From NCBI GenBank assembly GCA_964601045.1, contig CAZRLF010000003.1, positions 80,210 through 144,209 on the forward strand: 64,000 nt of DNA. The letters run 5' to 3'. The notes below the pieces were generated by a model. It was not told the DNA's origin. It worked only from the letters and a program-made list of their open reading frames with translations, and searched no databases. This DNA comes from an uncultured Bacteriovoracaceae bacterium. GTDB taxonomy: Bacteria; Bdellovibrionota; UBA2394. Position 1 is the stretch's first letter; each line of letters opens with the position of its first letter. A program made the translations under genes and the position numbers. Positions 19,096 to 28,883 of this stretch are shown here, in pieces.

Positions 19096-20469
19096 TCAGG
19101 ATGATTGAGGACCTCTCGCCTTGGCAAGCCGAATCAATTTGAAGAACTCAATCTCGGCTGCAATTGCCTTGTAAAAATCATCTAAATAAAGACTCTCGTT
19201 TTCACCGTGAGCCAATGTATAGGGGTCTTCTACTCCAAAAGTAATCACAGGCGCGTTCAGAGCTTTTTCAAAGGGTGCAATAAATGGAATGCTAGCACCA
19301 CATCCAATGTTAACGGCTTTTTGCCCAAAACCTTTTTCAAGAGCTTCGTGGGCAGCATCATAGGCCCATTTGTTTTGTTTAGAGCCCGTATCGCAAGACC
19401 AAGCATTAGCAGGCTCGCCTCCACTTACCTCAATTTCAACAGTTTTCGGCGCTAAACTTTTTATTTTAGAAATAAGCTCCTTCTGAACTGCATGCGCATT
19501 TTCTCGCGACGTAAGTCGAATTCCCACCCGGGCATATGCCCGATCACAAATAATATTATTGGCGAGCTTCTCTGAACTCGCTTGAATGGCATTAATTGAA
19601 AAACTGGGTTGATTCCAAATGCGATCGAGAAAATCTGATGGCACAGAATTATTTTTAACGACACCAGCCTGCTCCGCAAATTCTGTCTTGGTGAGAGGAA
19701 CTTTATTTTTTAAATTACTCTTACTTTTTTTAATTGATTTGAGCTGAATATTTCCGTGAGCGTCTGTAAGCGAACCTAAAATTTTCACTAAGACCTGAAC
19801 CGGATCGACTACTCCTCCACCCCAAAGTCCAGAATGCAGGGGTGCTCGCAGAGATTTAACTTTAAGTTCTACGGCAATCATTCCACGCAAACTCACAGTA
19901 AGCGAGGGAATGCCTTGCTGAATATTTGCGGTATCCGTGACAACGATCAAATCGGCTCTGAGTCGCTCTTTATTTTTTTTGAGAAAGTCGAGAAGGTGAT
20001 TACTACCCACTTCTTCTTCACCTTCTATAATGACTTTAAGATTGATCGGCGGCTTACCGGTACCATCAACCCCAGTAAAATATTTGAGAGCTGCGGCATG
20101 GACCAAAATACCGGCTTTGTCATCAGCACTTCCTCGACCATAAAGTCGGCCGTCCTTCAATATCGGGTCAAATGGAGGCGTCTGCCAAAGCTCTTCTCTT
20201 CCGGGAGGCTGAACATCGTGATGCGCATACAGCAAAGCGGTTGGAAGCTTTGGGTCTACGATAAATTCACCCAAAACATACGGAAAGCATCCATCAATTC
20301 GGCAAAGTTCAACGTTTTTAAATCCTGCTTTCTGAAGCAATTTTGAAGTCGCTTCAGCCGATCGTTCAAGGTGAGAATGGTCAAAACCGGCAAAACTAAT
20401 GCTGGGAATTCTGACCAAATTTTTAAGCTCTTCAAGGGCAAAATTCTTGAGATCTTCTGTAATATCCAT
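19096..20469 (-). CDS. M20-family metallopeptidase (dipeptidase/ArgE-DapE-CPG2 clan)
   Basis: Conserved M20 blocks AHHDVQP, GRGSADDKAGI and IEGEEEVGS. I take the start at the internal Met (MDITEDLK, cat at 20467-20469), not the upstream extension at 20724, which would overlap the divergent gene 20561-22609. Confidence 0.8.
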   Translation of the reverse strand: MDITEDLKNFALEELKNLVRIPSISFAGFDHSHLERSAEATSKLLQKAGFKNVELCRIDGCFPYVLGEFIVDPKLPTALLYAHHDVQPPGREELWQTPPFDPILKDGRLYGRGSADDKAGILVHAAALKYFTGVDGTGKPPINLKVIIEGEEEVGSNHLLDFLKKNKERLRADLIVVTDTANIQQGIPSLTVSLRGMIAVELKVKSLRAPLHSGLWGGGVVDPVQVLVKILGSLTDAHGNIQLKSIKKSKSNLKNKVPLTKTEFAEQAGVVKNNSVPSDFLDRIWNQPSFSINAIQASSEKLANNIICDRAYARVGIRLTSRENAHAVQKELISKIKSLAPKTVEIEVSGGEPANAWSCDTGSKQNKWAYDAAHEALEKGFGQKAVNIGCGASIPFIAPFEKALNAPVITFGVEDPYTLAHGENESLYLDDFYKAIAAEIEFFKLIRLAKARGPQSS

Positions 20470-20560
20470 GGGTTTGAAGACTAGCGTAAATGCCGATCTT
20501 GCGAAAGCTTTACAGCTTGAAGTCTTTGTCCTAAAACGCTTTGAATTATAAGGAGTAAAA

Positions 20561-22609
20561 GTGATGCTCAAAAATCTTAGATTTGTAACCTTAATCTTTA
20601 GTTTTATAGGTTTAAATCTGTCTGTCGTTATAGCCCAAGACGAGCTCGACCCAAACTTTAATCGAGCCACTGAACGAAGCAAAATAATCGAACTTATTTC
20701 AAATTTTCCTGAACAAACGATCACTGTCGTCGCCGAAGAAACAGCAACTCCCGATCAAATTAAATTGGCGAATTATTTTAAAAAAATAATCGCTCCCGCT
20801 CTCTCCAGAATTCAAAAATTGGATTTTCAGGCAAGTCTATATCATATCGCGCTTGATCGAGCTCTTTATGACGATAAAGCCGAACAAGACGAATGGATGG
20901 CAAAAGAAGAAGCTCTCAATAACGAGATTAACGCATTAAGATCTTCAAAAGAGTGGCATAGTAAAATAACAAGCTTCAGACATTATGCCTCTGAGCAAAC
21001 TGGTGATCTTGCTAATTTTGCGAGACGTCTTAAAGAAGATCTCGATTTAGGAGAGTTTTCAGAAGCTGAAATGCCTCTACTTAAAAGAATTTCTGAACTT
21101 GAAATTAAAATTGGAAAAATTGCAAAAGAAGCTCCCGTCGTCACTCAATTACAAGAAGCGGCCGTCACTGAAAATAATGCTGTAAAAGAATTTCACGAGT
21201 CCGCTAAGTCTGCCAAAGATTTTGAAGCCGCATGGAAAAAAATTGAATCCGTTCAAACAAAAGGTCGAGCAGCTTTAGGTCAGTATGTTGCCGAAAATGC
21301 GGGAAGCCTTATTAGTGAAACTGCGATCATTCGAACTCAATTAGCCAGATCAAAGGGATTTAAAACCTGGGCAGAATATGTAACCGCAAATCAATCTCGT
21401 CACTATGCTCCTGGTTATAAAACCGCTGATGAGAAAATTACATTTCTAAAGAAGCTCCTCGATCTTACACTTGAGCCCTATCAAAAGCTTTTAGAAGCTC
21501 GACTGAAAGAAGTAAACGGCCCCAGAATTTCAGAATTTAGACCAAGTCAGATTGGGCTTATAAAACTCCCTGATGATTCTCTCATTCAAGATTATTTTCC
21601 TCGCTCACAGGTGAACGAATTGGTGCGAAGAACGATGATCGAAAGTGGTTTTGATCATGCAAAAGTTGCTGCCGTCAATATAGATGGTTTTCCGCGTGCG
21701 AAAAAACATTCGCACGCTTATATGTCGACGGTCTCTCCTCACAAGCCAAAACACATAATTGTGATCGCTGATTCAGGCAGAGTCCTTGCCGAAAATTCAG
21801 ATTTAGGAAACTGGCATCTTGCTCCCAGTTTTATCGTTCAAAACTATCAGTCTGACGGACTGAACCCTTATGAAACAGCCTGGCACGAAATAGGGCACGC
21901 AATGCATGCGGCTCACGAGGAGGATCTCTTAAACTTCGGATCTTCTTATGGTTATATCGAAGTCCATTCGATGACATTTGAGAGATTCTTTCAGGACATT
22001 GAGTTCTTAACAAGCATCGGACAAAACAAGGAAGGCCAAGCTTTGCCTAGACATATTGCAACCGTCTTTGTGCGTAATATGCTATTAAACAAATTAGCAG
22101 CATTTCGAATTCAGATTTCTTACGCTCTACTAGACTTAGAGGTTTGGAATCGAGCTTATACTTCTGACTCAGAACCGCTTTCTGAGAATCTCGCCAAAAC
22201 GTTTGCCGAACTAAGAGAAAAGGCGACTTTGGCACGGTTTCAATTGATTGATGGCATTGACGGAAAATACGGTGGCCTTGCAACCAATCATTTCTATAGC
22301 GGAAACGTTAGATATTTTGGCTATATTGTTGCTGAAGTTGCCGCACAACTCACAGCTGAAGAGCTCTGGAATCGACTTGAAAGAGACACGGGCCGAAGAA
22401 CTCTGCATCAACAACCCACTCTCGCTGAAATGCTTTCAAATGCTTACTACAGAAAAGGTTTTCAAAAGCCATTTCCTGCTCCAATTGAAAGCTTTACAGG
22501 CAAGACGTTTTCGGCTGAAGACTTCGCAAAGCGTTTAGCAGCAGCTGCTAATGAGTATACCCAGACAAGCTCATGCGTTTCGGCAGTAAGCAATTTAGCG
22601 AAGAAGTAA
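20561..22609 (+). CDS. Secreted zinc metallopeptidase, M3-like (HExxH...E gluzincin)
   Basis: Signal peptide. AWHEIGHAMHAAHEEDL...IEVHSMTFERFF resembles the M3 oligopeptidase active-site region (HEFGHxxH ... E). 682 aa. Confidence 0.45.
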   Translation: MMLKNLRFVTLIFSFIGLNLSVVIAQDELDPNFNRATERSKIIELISNFPEQTITVVAEETATPDQIKLANYFKKIIAPALSRIQKLDFQASLYHIALDRALYDDKAEQDEWMAKEEALNNEINALRSSKEWHSKITSFRHYASEQTGDLANFARRLKEDLDLGEFSEAEMPLLKRISELEIKIGKIAKEAPVVTQLQEAAVTENNAVKEFHESAKSAKDFEAAWKKIESVQTKGRAALGQYVAENAGSLISETAIIRTQLARSKGFKTWAEYVTANQSRHYAPGYKTADEKITFLKKLLDLTLEPYQKLLEARLKEVNGPRISEFRPSQIGLIKLPDDSLIQDYFPRSQVNELVRRTMIESGFDHAKVAAVNIDGFPRAKKHSHAYMSTVSPHKPKHIIVIADSGRVLAENSDLGNWHLAPSFIVQNYQSDGLNPYETAWHEIGHAMHAAHEEDLLNFGSSYGYIEVHSMTFERFFQDIEFLTSIGQNKEGQALPRHIATVFVRNMLLNKLAAFRIQISYALLDLEVWNRAYTSDSEPLSENLAKTFAELREKATLARFQLIDGIDGKYGGLATNHFYSGNVRYFGYIVAEVAAQLTAEELWNRLERDTGRRTLHQQPTLAEMLSNAYYRKGFQKPFPAPIESFTGKTFSAEDFAKRLAAAANEYTQTSSCVSAVSNLAKK

Positions 22610-23809
22610 TTCTTCGCCTAAATTCTTGATTCTTTGAGACTGTGCCAAGGCCTGAGTTAGGCGCTGTCGGATTAAGTCTAAAAATTCTTTGGTATAAAGC
22701 ATGTTTTGAATTCGACCGGTCGCATTGTTTTTTATTGCAATCGGCGAAAGCTTAAAACTAAGTGTAAATTCATTCTTTTCGTGTGCGACAGGAAGGCTGA
22801 CTTTGACATAGGCCTGTCGCTCTCCCAAATAGAATCGGTCTCTCCTCCATCTCTTCATCTTGAGATTAAGCGTATTACTGCGATCAAAATTCAAAATAGC
22901 CTGATCGATGGTCTTTAAAGCTAAGTTAAAAAGAATTTCATTTCGAGCAGCGGCACCCAAAGAATAGCGCCGCGATTCGTAAAACTCTAATCGAGCAGCT
23001 TTGATTCTTCTCAAGTTCATCTCAGATTTGGCCAATTTATATTGAGAACGAGCACTCACTGCCTCGGTATAAAAGGCTAATACTTCATCGATACTCTGAT
23101 AGCTTGAATAGGACTTTTCAAAATCAGTCCGTTTCTTATGGTGGGGCAGCTCCACTTCAAAATCACTGGTATCGGCGTTCATATCGAGAACATGGATTCG
23201 ATGATTCAAATCAACTGAAGCGTGCCTCACTTCATGTAATACGACGGGATTCATCTCATCGGGATAAAGCAAACTGAGATGAGGCAAAAAAATCGTCTTT
23301 TCTTCACTATCATAAGAAGCCTCGCTCCAACCTGAGCCCGAAAAAAAATCATGGGGATCATAAACAATTCTAAGACCCATTTTTTCTCTGAGCTTTTGGG
23401 TGACCCGCCCGAGCCAACTTGCCCCCCCGAGAACTTCGATGATCGGAAAATCATTATCATTTTGAGTAAATTCAACTTCAAGATGTACAGATTTAAAATA
23501 GGCTTTAAACAGTTTCAGCCGAGTTCTAATAAGCCGATTGATCGACGATTCTAATTTTAAGACCGCTCTCTGTTCTTCGGCAGATGCTTCCAGAATTAAG
23601 ATCTGAAGATCTTCGGTTGCTCGAATGTTTTTTCTAATTTCTTTTAAAAGCTCTGCCGCAGAAAATAGAATTACCTCTGAAGACTTTAAAGCACTAATCT
23701 GCTCGCTACATCTTTTGGCAAAGACCGAAGAAAAACTAGTCCCCCACAATATAAAAGCAGTGATAACCCACTTCAATCCCCTCACTACTGAAATTCCCCT
23801 TACCCTCAA
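22595..23809 (-). CDS. Secreted HExxH-motif protein (putative zincin-like)
   Basis: Signal-peptide-like N-terminus. VLHEVRHAS plus a downstream IDEVLAFYTE block. The C-terminal domain of ORF 55467-57827 has the same arrangement (FHELRHS ... IQEAFAYE). Confidence 0.4.
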   Translation of the reverse strand: MRVRGISVVRGLKWVITAFILWGTSFSSVFAKRCSEQISALKSSEVILFSAAELLKEIRKNIRATEDLQILILEASAEEQRAVLKLESSINRLIRTRLKLFKAYFKSVHLEVEFTQNDNDFPIIEVLGGASWLGRVTQKLREKMGLRIVYDPHDFFSGSGWSEASYDSEEKTIFLPHLSLLYPDEMNPVVLHEVRHASVDLNHRIHVLDMNADTSDFEVELPHHKKRTDFEKSYSSYQSIDEVLAFYTEAVSARSQYKLAKSEMNLRRIKAARLEFYESRRYSLGAAARNEILFNLALKTIDQAILNFDRSNTLNLKMKRWRRDRFYLGERQAYVKVSLPVAHEKNEFTLSFKLSPIAIKNNATGRIQNMLYTKEFLDLIRQRLTQALAQSQRIKNLGEELLLR

Positions 23810-23846
23810 GGCTAGAGACTCTCAATGCGAAGCGTCAATTTTAATA

Positions 23847-24233
23847 TTATTTAAAGAGAAGTTTTTTAACAGAAAGAGCGATCATTTTAGGACTGAACGG
23901 CTTATAGTAGGTCTCATCAAAAAACTCGATGCCCGTGGTTTGCATATGAGCAGGGACATGAGCTGTAAGAGCAATCCATTTTAAAGGCTGATGAGAATCA
24001 GGCAGTTTTCGAGCACCGATTCTGAGCTCTCGTCCTCCCAATGTTGGCATATTGAGATCTGAGATAACAACCCCAATTTTATCGTCAGCATACAAAACCT
24101 TCATTGCCTCAAATCCATCAGATGCAGTGACGACGTCAAAGCCCTCACTCAAAAAGACCTCTTTAAAGATCGACACAAGATCAGCCTCGTCATCAACAAT
24201 GAGAATTCTATGTTTTGATATTGCACTCACCAC
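23847..24233 (-). CDS. Single-domain response regulator (CheY-like receiver)
   Basis: ILIVDDEADLVSIFKEVF..GFDVVTASDG.EA.....D...VVISDLNMP.LGG.EL has the receiver-domain acidic pocket and phospho-acceptor Asp. No output domain. Confidence 0.85.
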   Translation of the reverse strand: MVSAISKHRILIVDDEADLVSIFKEVFLSEGFDVVTASDGFEAMKVLYADDKIGVVISDLNMPTLGGRELRIGARKLPDSHQPLKWIALTAHVPAHMQTTGIEFFDETYYKPFSPKMIALSVKKLLFK

Positions 24234-24462
24234 TTGGAGTCCCCCAACCGATAAATAAAGTAGATTTGTTTAATAGTACACGATTTATACCCTTCTGAAC
24301 TAGCAGGTCAGGTATCCCTTTACTTGCAACCTCGGCGTCAAAAGATCGACATTCATCAGACTTTGTCTGTTTTTTTTCTTAATTATTTTCAGAGATTAAG
24401 TTCAAAATTCTGACGTAGTACGATTCTCTCGTATCGAAGGTAAAATTAATGAGGGAACCACC

Positions 24463-26211
24463 GTGAAACCTCTTATTTCAACAAACTCTCAAGGTCCTGA
24501 ACGGGATGATATTTCTAGTTCGCCAGAAATCAAACTGGCATTGAAACGTGATTTCATCAATCGAAGTTTAAGCGCGAGTATAGGTGGAATTGCTCTTGCA
24601 CTTATTTTCTTATTTTCACTCTTATCTTATCACTCAAAAACATTTTCTATTTTGTGCGCGAGTTGTATTATCACTTTTTCTCTTATTCGAATTTATTTGC
24701 ATTTCAAGATTAAAAATAATTCCGGAATCGGCCCTAAAAATTTTCAAACGGCATTTTGGATTTCTATCTTTGTCACCCTTATTCAAGGTTTAACATGGGG
24801 TCTTTGGACAAGTCATTTCATTGAATGGGACAAAATTGAAATGCCCACCGTTCTTGGATTGCTGTTACTTAGTGGAATAGGCTCGAGCGTTGTCACCACG
24901 ATGACAGTTTCAGTAACGCTTCAAAGAATTTATATTTTGCTTCTTATTATCTTACCAATGATTGTTTCATGGCCTCGTGAAATCTATGAGCATACAGAAT
25001 TTATCTCAATTCCCCTGATATTTATTTCGTATGCGATATTCTTGTTTTATCAAGGCGCATATCATATTCGAACTTTGAAAGAACGACTAACCGCTCAGTA
25101 CTCCCTCTCCAAAGAACGTCAAATCCTAAGAACATTACTCGACACCCTGCCAGCAAAAATTAGTCTTATCTCTCCGGAACTCTATTACCTAGATGGCAAC
25201 CGAGCTCTCCTTAACTATATTGGAATAAGCCGCGATGAGTTACTTGGCCAAAATTTAGGATTTTATAAAACCGAGTCTGATATTTTATCTGTAATTAGGG
25301 ATTTTAGAGATTCAAAGAAAATGTCAACCCAATTAGAAATGCGCCTTACTGGCAGCCAGGGGCAGAGTCGCTGGCATATGATCTTTCTGAATCGGACTGC
25401 CGACGACGGTGCAATTGTTGTGGCTTCAAACGATATACACGAAGAGCTTGAATCTCAACGTCAACTCAACGAAGCCAGGCTCAACCTTGAAAGAGCCTCA
25501 AAACTTTCAGCTCTTGGCCAAATGACCGCTAGTATCGCTCACGAAATCAAGAATCCACTGGCGATTATTTATGCCTTGGCAGAATCAATCGCGTTGCAAA
25601 TAGAAAAGGACTCTAATCAGATTGAAAAATTAAAAACAAAAACTTCTAAAATTACTCAGACTGTTGAAAGAATCGCACAAACTATCGACGCCATACGAAA
25701 ATTTGCAAAACATGGCGAAACTCCTCGAAAAGAAAGAACTTCACTGCGACGAATTGTTCAAGAGACTTTAAGTCTCTGTGACCTTAAAAGTGATATTCAT
25801 CTTGAATTTAAAATTAATTCTGTACCTGATATCGAACTTAAATGTGCTCCGGTTCAAATTTGCCAAGTTTTGTTGAATTTATTTTCAAATGCCAAGTATG
25901 CGGCACTTCAAAATAAGTTTCAAAAACCATGGATTGATCTTGATTTCAGAATCATCGATGAGCGTGATTTACAAATATCAGTCACTGATTCGGGCAGTGG
26001 AGTTCCTAATGATGTCCGAGCAAAAATCATGCAGCCCTTTTTCAGTACTAAACCTAACGGAGATGGATTGGGAATTGGCCTCAGCCTCTCTCAATCGATA
26101 GCTGAAGCTCATGGTGGTTCTCTGCGGCTTGATGAGCAAGCAGCACATACTCGCTTCGTCCTGACCCTTCCCTTAAAATCAGGGGCAGAGTCAGGCGAGG
26201 AAGCCGCCTAA
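24463..26211 (+). CDS. Membrane sensor histidine kinase
   Basis: About 6-7 N-terminal TM helices and a PAS-like linker. HisKA H-box ASIAHEIKNPLAII. HATPase_c N/G boxes (LLNLFSNAKYA, DSGSGVP, GDGLGIGLSLS). GTG start with GAGGGA SD 9 nt upstream. Confidence 0.85.
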   Translation: MKPLISTNSQGPERDDISSSPEIKLALKRDFINRSLSASIGGIALALIFLFSLLSYHSKTFSILCASCIITFSLIRIYLHFKIKNNSGIGPKNFQTAFWISIFVTLIQGLTWGLWTSHFIEWDKIEMPTVLGLLLLSGIGSSVVTTMTVSVTLQRIYILLLIILPMIVSWPREIYEHTEFISIPLIFISYAIFLFYQGAYHIRTLKERLTAQYSLSKERQILRTLLDTLPAKISLISPELYYLDGNRALLNYIGISRDELLGQNLGFYKTESDILSVIRDFRDSKKMSTQLEMRLTGSQGQSRWHMIFLNRTADDGAIVVASNDIHEELESQRQLNEARLNLERASKLSALGQMTASIAHEIKNPLAIIYALAESIALQIEKDSNQIEKLKTKTSKITQTVERIAQTIDAIRKFAKHGETPRKERTSLRRIVQETLSLCDLKSDIHLEFKINSVPDIELKCAPVQICQVLLNLFSNAKYAALQNKFQKPWIDLDFRIIDERDLQISVTDSGSGVPNDVRAKIMQPFFSTKPNGDGLGIGLSLSQSIAEAHGGSLRLDEQAAHTRFVLTLPLKSGAESGEEAA

Positions 26212-26238
26212 AAACAAACTCTATACCGAGATAGACTA

Positions 26239-26532
26239 TTAGCTTTGGGATTCGTTAACGAGATCTCGAAGCTCTTTACCGACCTTAAAGAAAGGAAGGC
26301 GCTTAGGTGCCACAACGATTGTTTCGCCGGTGCGAGGATTTCGTCCGGAGTATCCTCCGTACTCTCGACTAACAAAACTTCCGAACCCTCGGATTTCAAT
26401 TCGGCCACCTTCACTTAAAGTGTCGCCCATTGCTCCGAAAATTACGTTCACAACAGCTTCAGCACGCTTGCGAGGCATATTTGTTTTATAAGCTACGAGA
26501 TCGATAAGTCCTGATTTATTCATGATAACCAT
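26239..26532 (-). CDS. HU/IHF-family DNA-binding protein (IHF-beta-like)
   Basis: GLIDLVAYKTNMPRKRAEAVVNVIF...RIEIRGFGSF...RNPRTGE.I.V..KRLPFFK matches the bacterial histone-like fold and arm. Confidence 0.85.
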   Translation of the reverse strand: MVIMNKSGLIDLVAYKTNMPRKRAEAVVNVIFGAMGDTLSEGGRIEIRGFGSFVSREYGGYSGRNPRTGETIVVAPKRLPFFKVGKELRDLVNESQS

Positions 26533-26728
26533 AGTTTATCGCTCTCAATAAATCTCTCAAGCCGCTATGCGCCGCCAAACCGAGTCAAATCTCAAACGAA
26601 GATCATATAACACTAGAGAACCGCAAAAATCTCAGAACGAGCTTTTTTTTCGACATATTGCAAAAAACGAGGTTTAGATTGATTTCAGTTTAGTTCAAAC
26701 TGGTAGATAGAGAGGAATAAAACTAATT

Positions 26729-27307
26729 TTGGAATGGTTACAAACACTTCTGATCAGTTTTCATGATTTTAAAGCCGAGATTCTAGCCGGCTATTACAGC
26801 ACCTGGATGTTGATAACCATGGGTCTCTTCACTTTAATTATCGTTATTTGCATAGGTGCACTCATTTTTCATTATGTCATTCGACCTAAACTAGACGAAA
26901 TTTCTCTGCAAAAAATAAGATCAGCGCCGGTTAAATCTAAATCGAAACAAAAAAAATTCTCTTCTAAAATCACAGAGGCAGAATTCAACGCCCCCTCAGT
27001 CATTACCAAAGAACTGAAGATGAAAAAAAACTCGATGGTCACTGAGAAAACTCGAGAACAAATCGCTCAGGTCGTTGATTCAGTCAAAACCTTCTCATTT
27101 GACGGCCGGACCAGAGTAGCTCCAAGTCCAGAGGGACGAGCTCAAATTGAAAAAAAACTAGACGATTCGGAGCTTATCTTAGGATTAGCTCAAACATTAA
27201 TATCCGAACCCGTTATCGATCAAACATCGGATGGAAAATTCACAAAAATGACCATCGATGGCGCTCTTCTATTTGAAGACGAGATGATAGATTCTAATTC
27301 GCCATAA
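26729..27307 (+). CDS. Hypothetical membrane-anchored protein
   Basis: Single N-terminal TM (WMLITMGLFTLIIVICIGALIF) followed by a charged, low-complexity region. Confidence 0.4.
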   Translation: MEWLQTLLISFHDFKAEILAGYYSTWMLITMGLFTLIIVICIGALIFHYVIRPKLDEISLQKIRSAPVKSKSKQKKFSSKITEAEFNAPSVITKELKMKKNSMVTEKTREQIAQVVDSVKTFSFDGRTRVAPSPEGRAQIEKKLDDSELILGLAQTLISEPVIDQTSDGKFTKMTIDGALLFEDEMIDSNSP

Positions 27308-27371
27308 AAATCGAAACTGACGCATTCCGTCAACGCGACGCGGTGTCATACCCTAGGTATGGGGGTGTGAT

Positions 27372-28058
27372 ATGGGAATTTTTTGGTTTGCTTTGCTCAG
27401 CACCGCAGTGGTGCACAATATCGACGATGTACAAGTAGGAAACTGCCTTACCTTTGATGATATGCAGGCAGTTTTTGAAACGGAACGCAAAGACATATAC
27501 GAAGGCGGCGACTGCGATATTGATTATCTTCTTGAAGGTGAACTCAACCAAGATCTTGCCTGTGGCACGACTTTAGCAACGGGCGAATGGAATAGACAAA
27601 TGGTGCGTCATAAAAAACCGGGAGTTTATTGGTTTTCAAAACCACCCTGCATGATGTCTGTAGAGTTTTTAAATTACTATCGAACAACTTACGCCGAAAT
27701 TACTGAAGGACTCGCTTGCACGAAAGAAAATTCTAGAGTTCTGAAATACCAGCAAGAAAAAATGACGACAACAAAATATGACGTCGGGCAAGGTCAAGCC
27801 TATCTTCCAAGTCCACTTTGGATTCATCGAGAGGTCTTTGGTTTTGACGAAAATCAAAACTATATTCGAACTTCGTGTACCGAAGCTGAGTCAACTTCTT
27901 CTTATCTTGGTTGGGGTCAATTTGATGCGCGCTGGACCGAAAAAGTCTGCGATGCTGAAAAAATTTCAAAATGCCGAGAAGCAAAGCTAACAGCGAGTGA
28001 GAATGAAAAGGGACAGACTTGTCTCCGTGTCGATGAAATAACCGATTGTCTGGAATAA
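27372..28058 (+). CDS. Hypothetical secreted cysteine-rich protein (12 Cys)
   Basis: Hydrophobic N-terminus. Twelve Cys are spread over 228 aa with acidic composition. Confidence 0.4.
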   Translation: MGIFWFALLSTAVVHNIDDVQVGNCLTFDDMQAVFETERKDIYEGGDCDIDYLLEGELNQDLACGTTLATGEWNRQMVRHKKPGVYWFSKPPCMMSVEFLNYYRTTYAEITEGLACTKENSRVLKYQQEKMTTTKYDVGQGQAYLPSPLWIHREVFGFDENQNYIRTSCTEAESTSSYLGWGQFDARWTEKVCDAEKISKCREAKLTASENEKGQTCLRVDEITDCLE

Positions 28059-28138
28059 ACCTTCTCATTCGGTAAAGCGATACTTCAGATAGCTGAGTCT
28101 ATTCAATAACTTAGGCCTCATCTACAATTTCTAATCGA

Positions 28139-28192
28139 GGTCATAAGACTGGCATAGGTTTTGCAGTCTTATGACCTGTGATTTTAAATTTT
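28139..28192 (+). terminator. Rho-independent terminator
   Basis: Perfect 13-bp stem GGTCATAAGACTG / CAGTCTTATGACC with a 12-nt loop, followed by tgtgaTTTTaaaTTTTaTaTTT. It sits 80 nt after the stop of 27372-28058. Confidence 0.7.
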
Positions 28193-28343
28193 ATATTTAT
28201 GAGCCAACCCCCGCCACCTACAAATCTGAATTTAGAGAAGCCCCCGGTATTGAGAACTCAACCAATCAATTTTTCATTCTTAAAAAAACAAATTCAACGA
28301 ACAACGCAGCCCTTAATTTACAAAATGAAACAGGAGCGAACCC

Positions 28344-28880
28344 ATGAAACAATTAAAACCTCTCACTAGTTTGCTATCCATATTTATCTTATGTAGCTTT
28401 ATTCAAATTGAAGCAAATGAAAGACTTCAATATGAATCCTTTTGGACATGGACTTGCCTGAACACAAAAAAAAGAGTGAGTAAAAAATATCAAAGAGCTG
28501 AAGATAATATTAATAAGGTGATCAGCGATTATAATTCTCGAAGTCCTCATCACAAATTTGATCTTAAAGTAAAAGTCTCTAGTCGACCCAAAGTAGCGGA
28601 CTCCTTTTTTCAAAAGGTCGAACAGAAGTTACTCACAGCATCAATGAGTCGAAAATACAATATCTCGGTTACTACTGAGGGTCAGTCTTATTGCTCAGAA
28701 TCTATCAAAACTCGAGATATACCAGTGATTGGACGCGCCTCTTCAGACGAAGAACTCGAGATACTGACAAATCTGGGGGTAAAGATTATTCCACAAAGCT
28801 TTGAAGTCCCACGAATTAAAAATGGGCGCACGAACATAAGGCTTGTTCATGGAGAAATGTGGAAAATTCCTGCCTGCTAA
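28344..28880 (+). CDS. Hypothetical secreted protein
   Basis: Signal peptide MKQLKPLTSLLSIFILCSFIQIEA. Confidence 0.4.
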   Translation: MKQLKPLTSLLSIFILCSFIQIEANERLQYESFWTWTCLNTKKRVSKKYQRAEDNINKVISDYNSRSPHHKFDLKVKVSSRPKVADSFFQKVEQKLLTASMSRKYNISVTTEGQSYCSESIKTRDIPVIGRASSDEELEILTNLGVKIIPQSFEVPRIKNGRTNIRLVHGEMWKIPAC

Positions 28881-28883
28881 GCG

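Noticed and set aside
19096-20724. Full 542-aa ORF as the M20 peptidase gene
   Set aside because: The first 85 codons have no peptidase similarity and overlap the divergent gene starting at 20561. The internal Met at 20469 (MDITEDLK) gives a normal M20 N-terminus, so I used 19096-20469.
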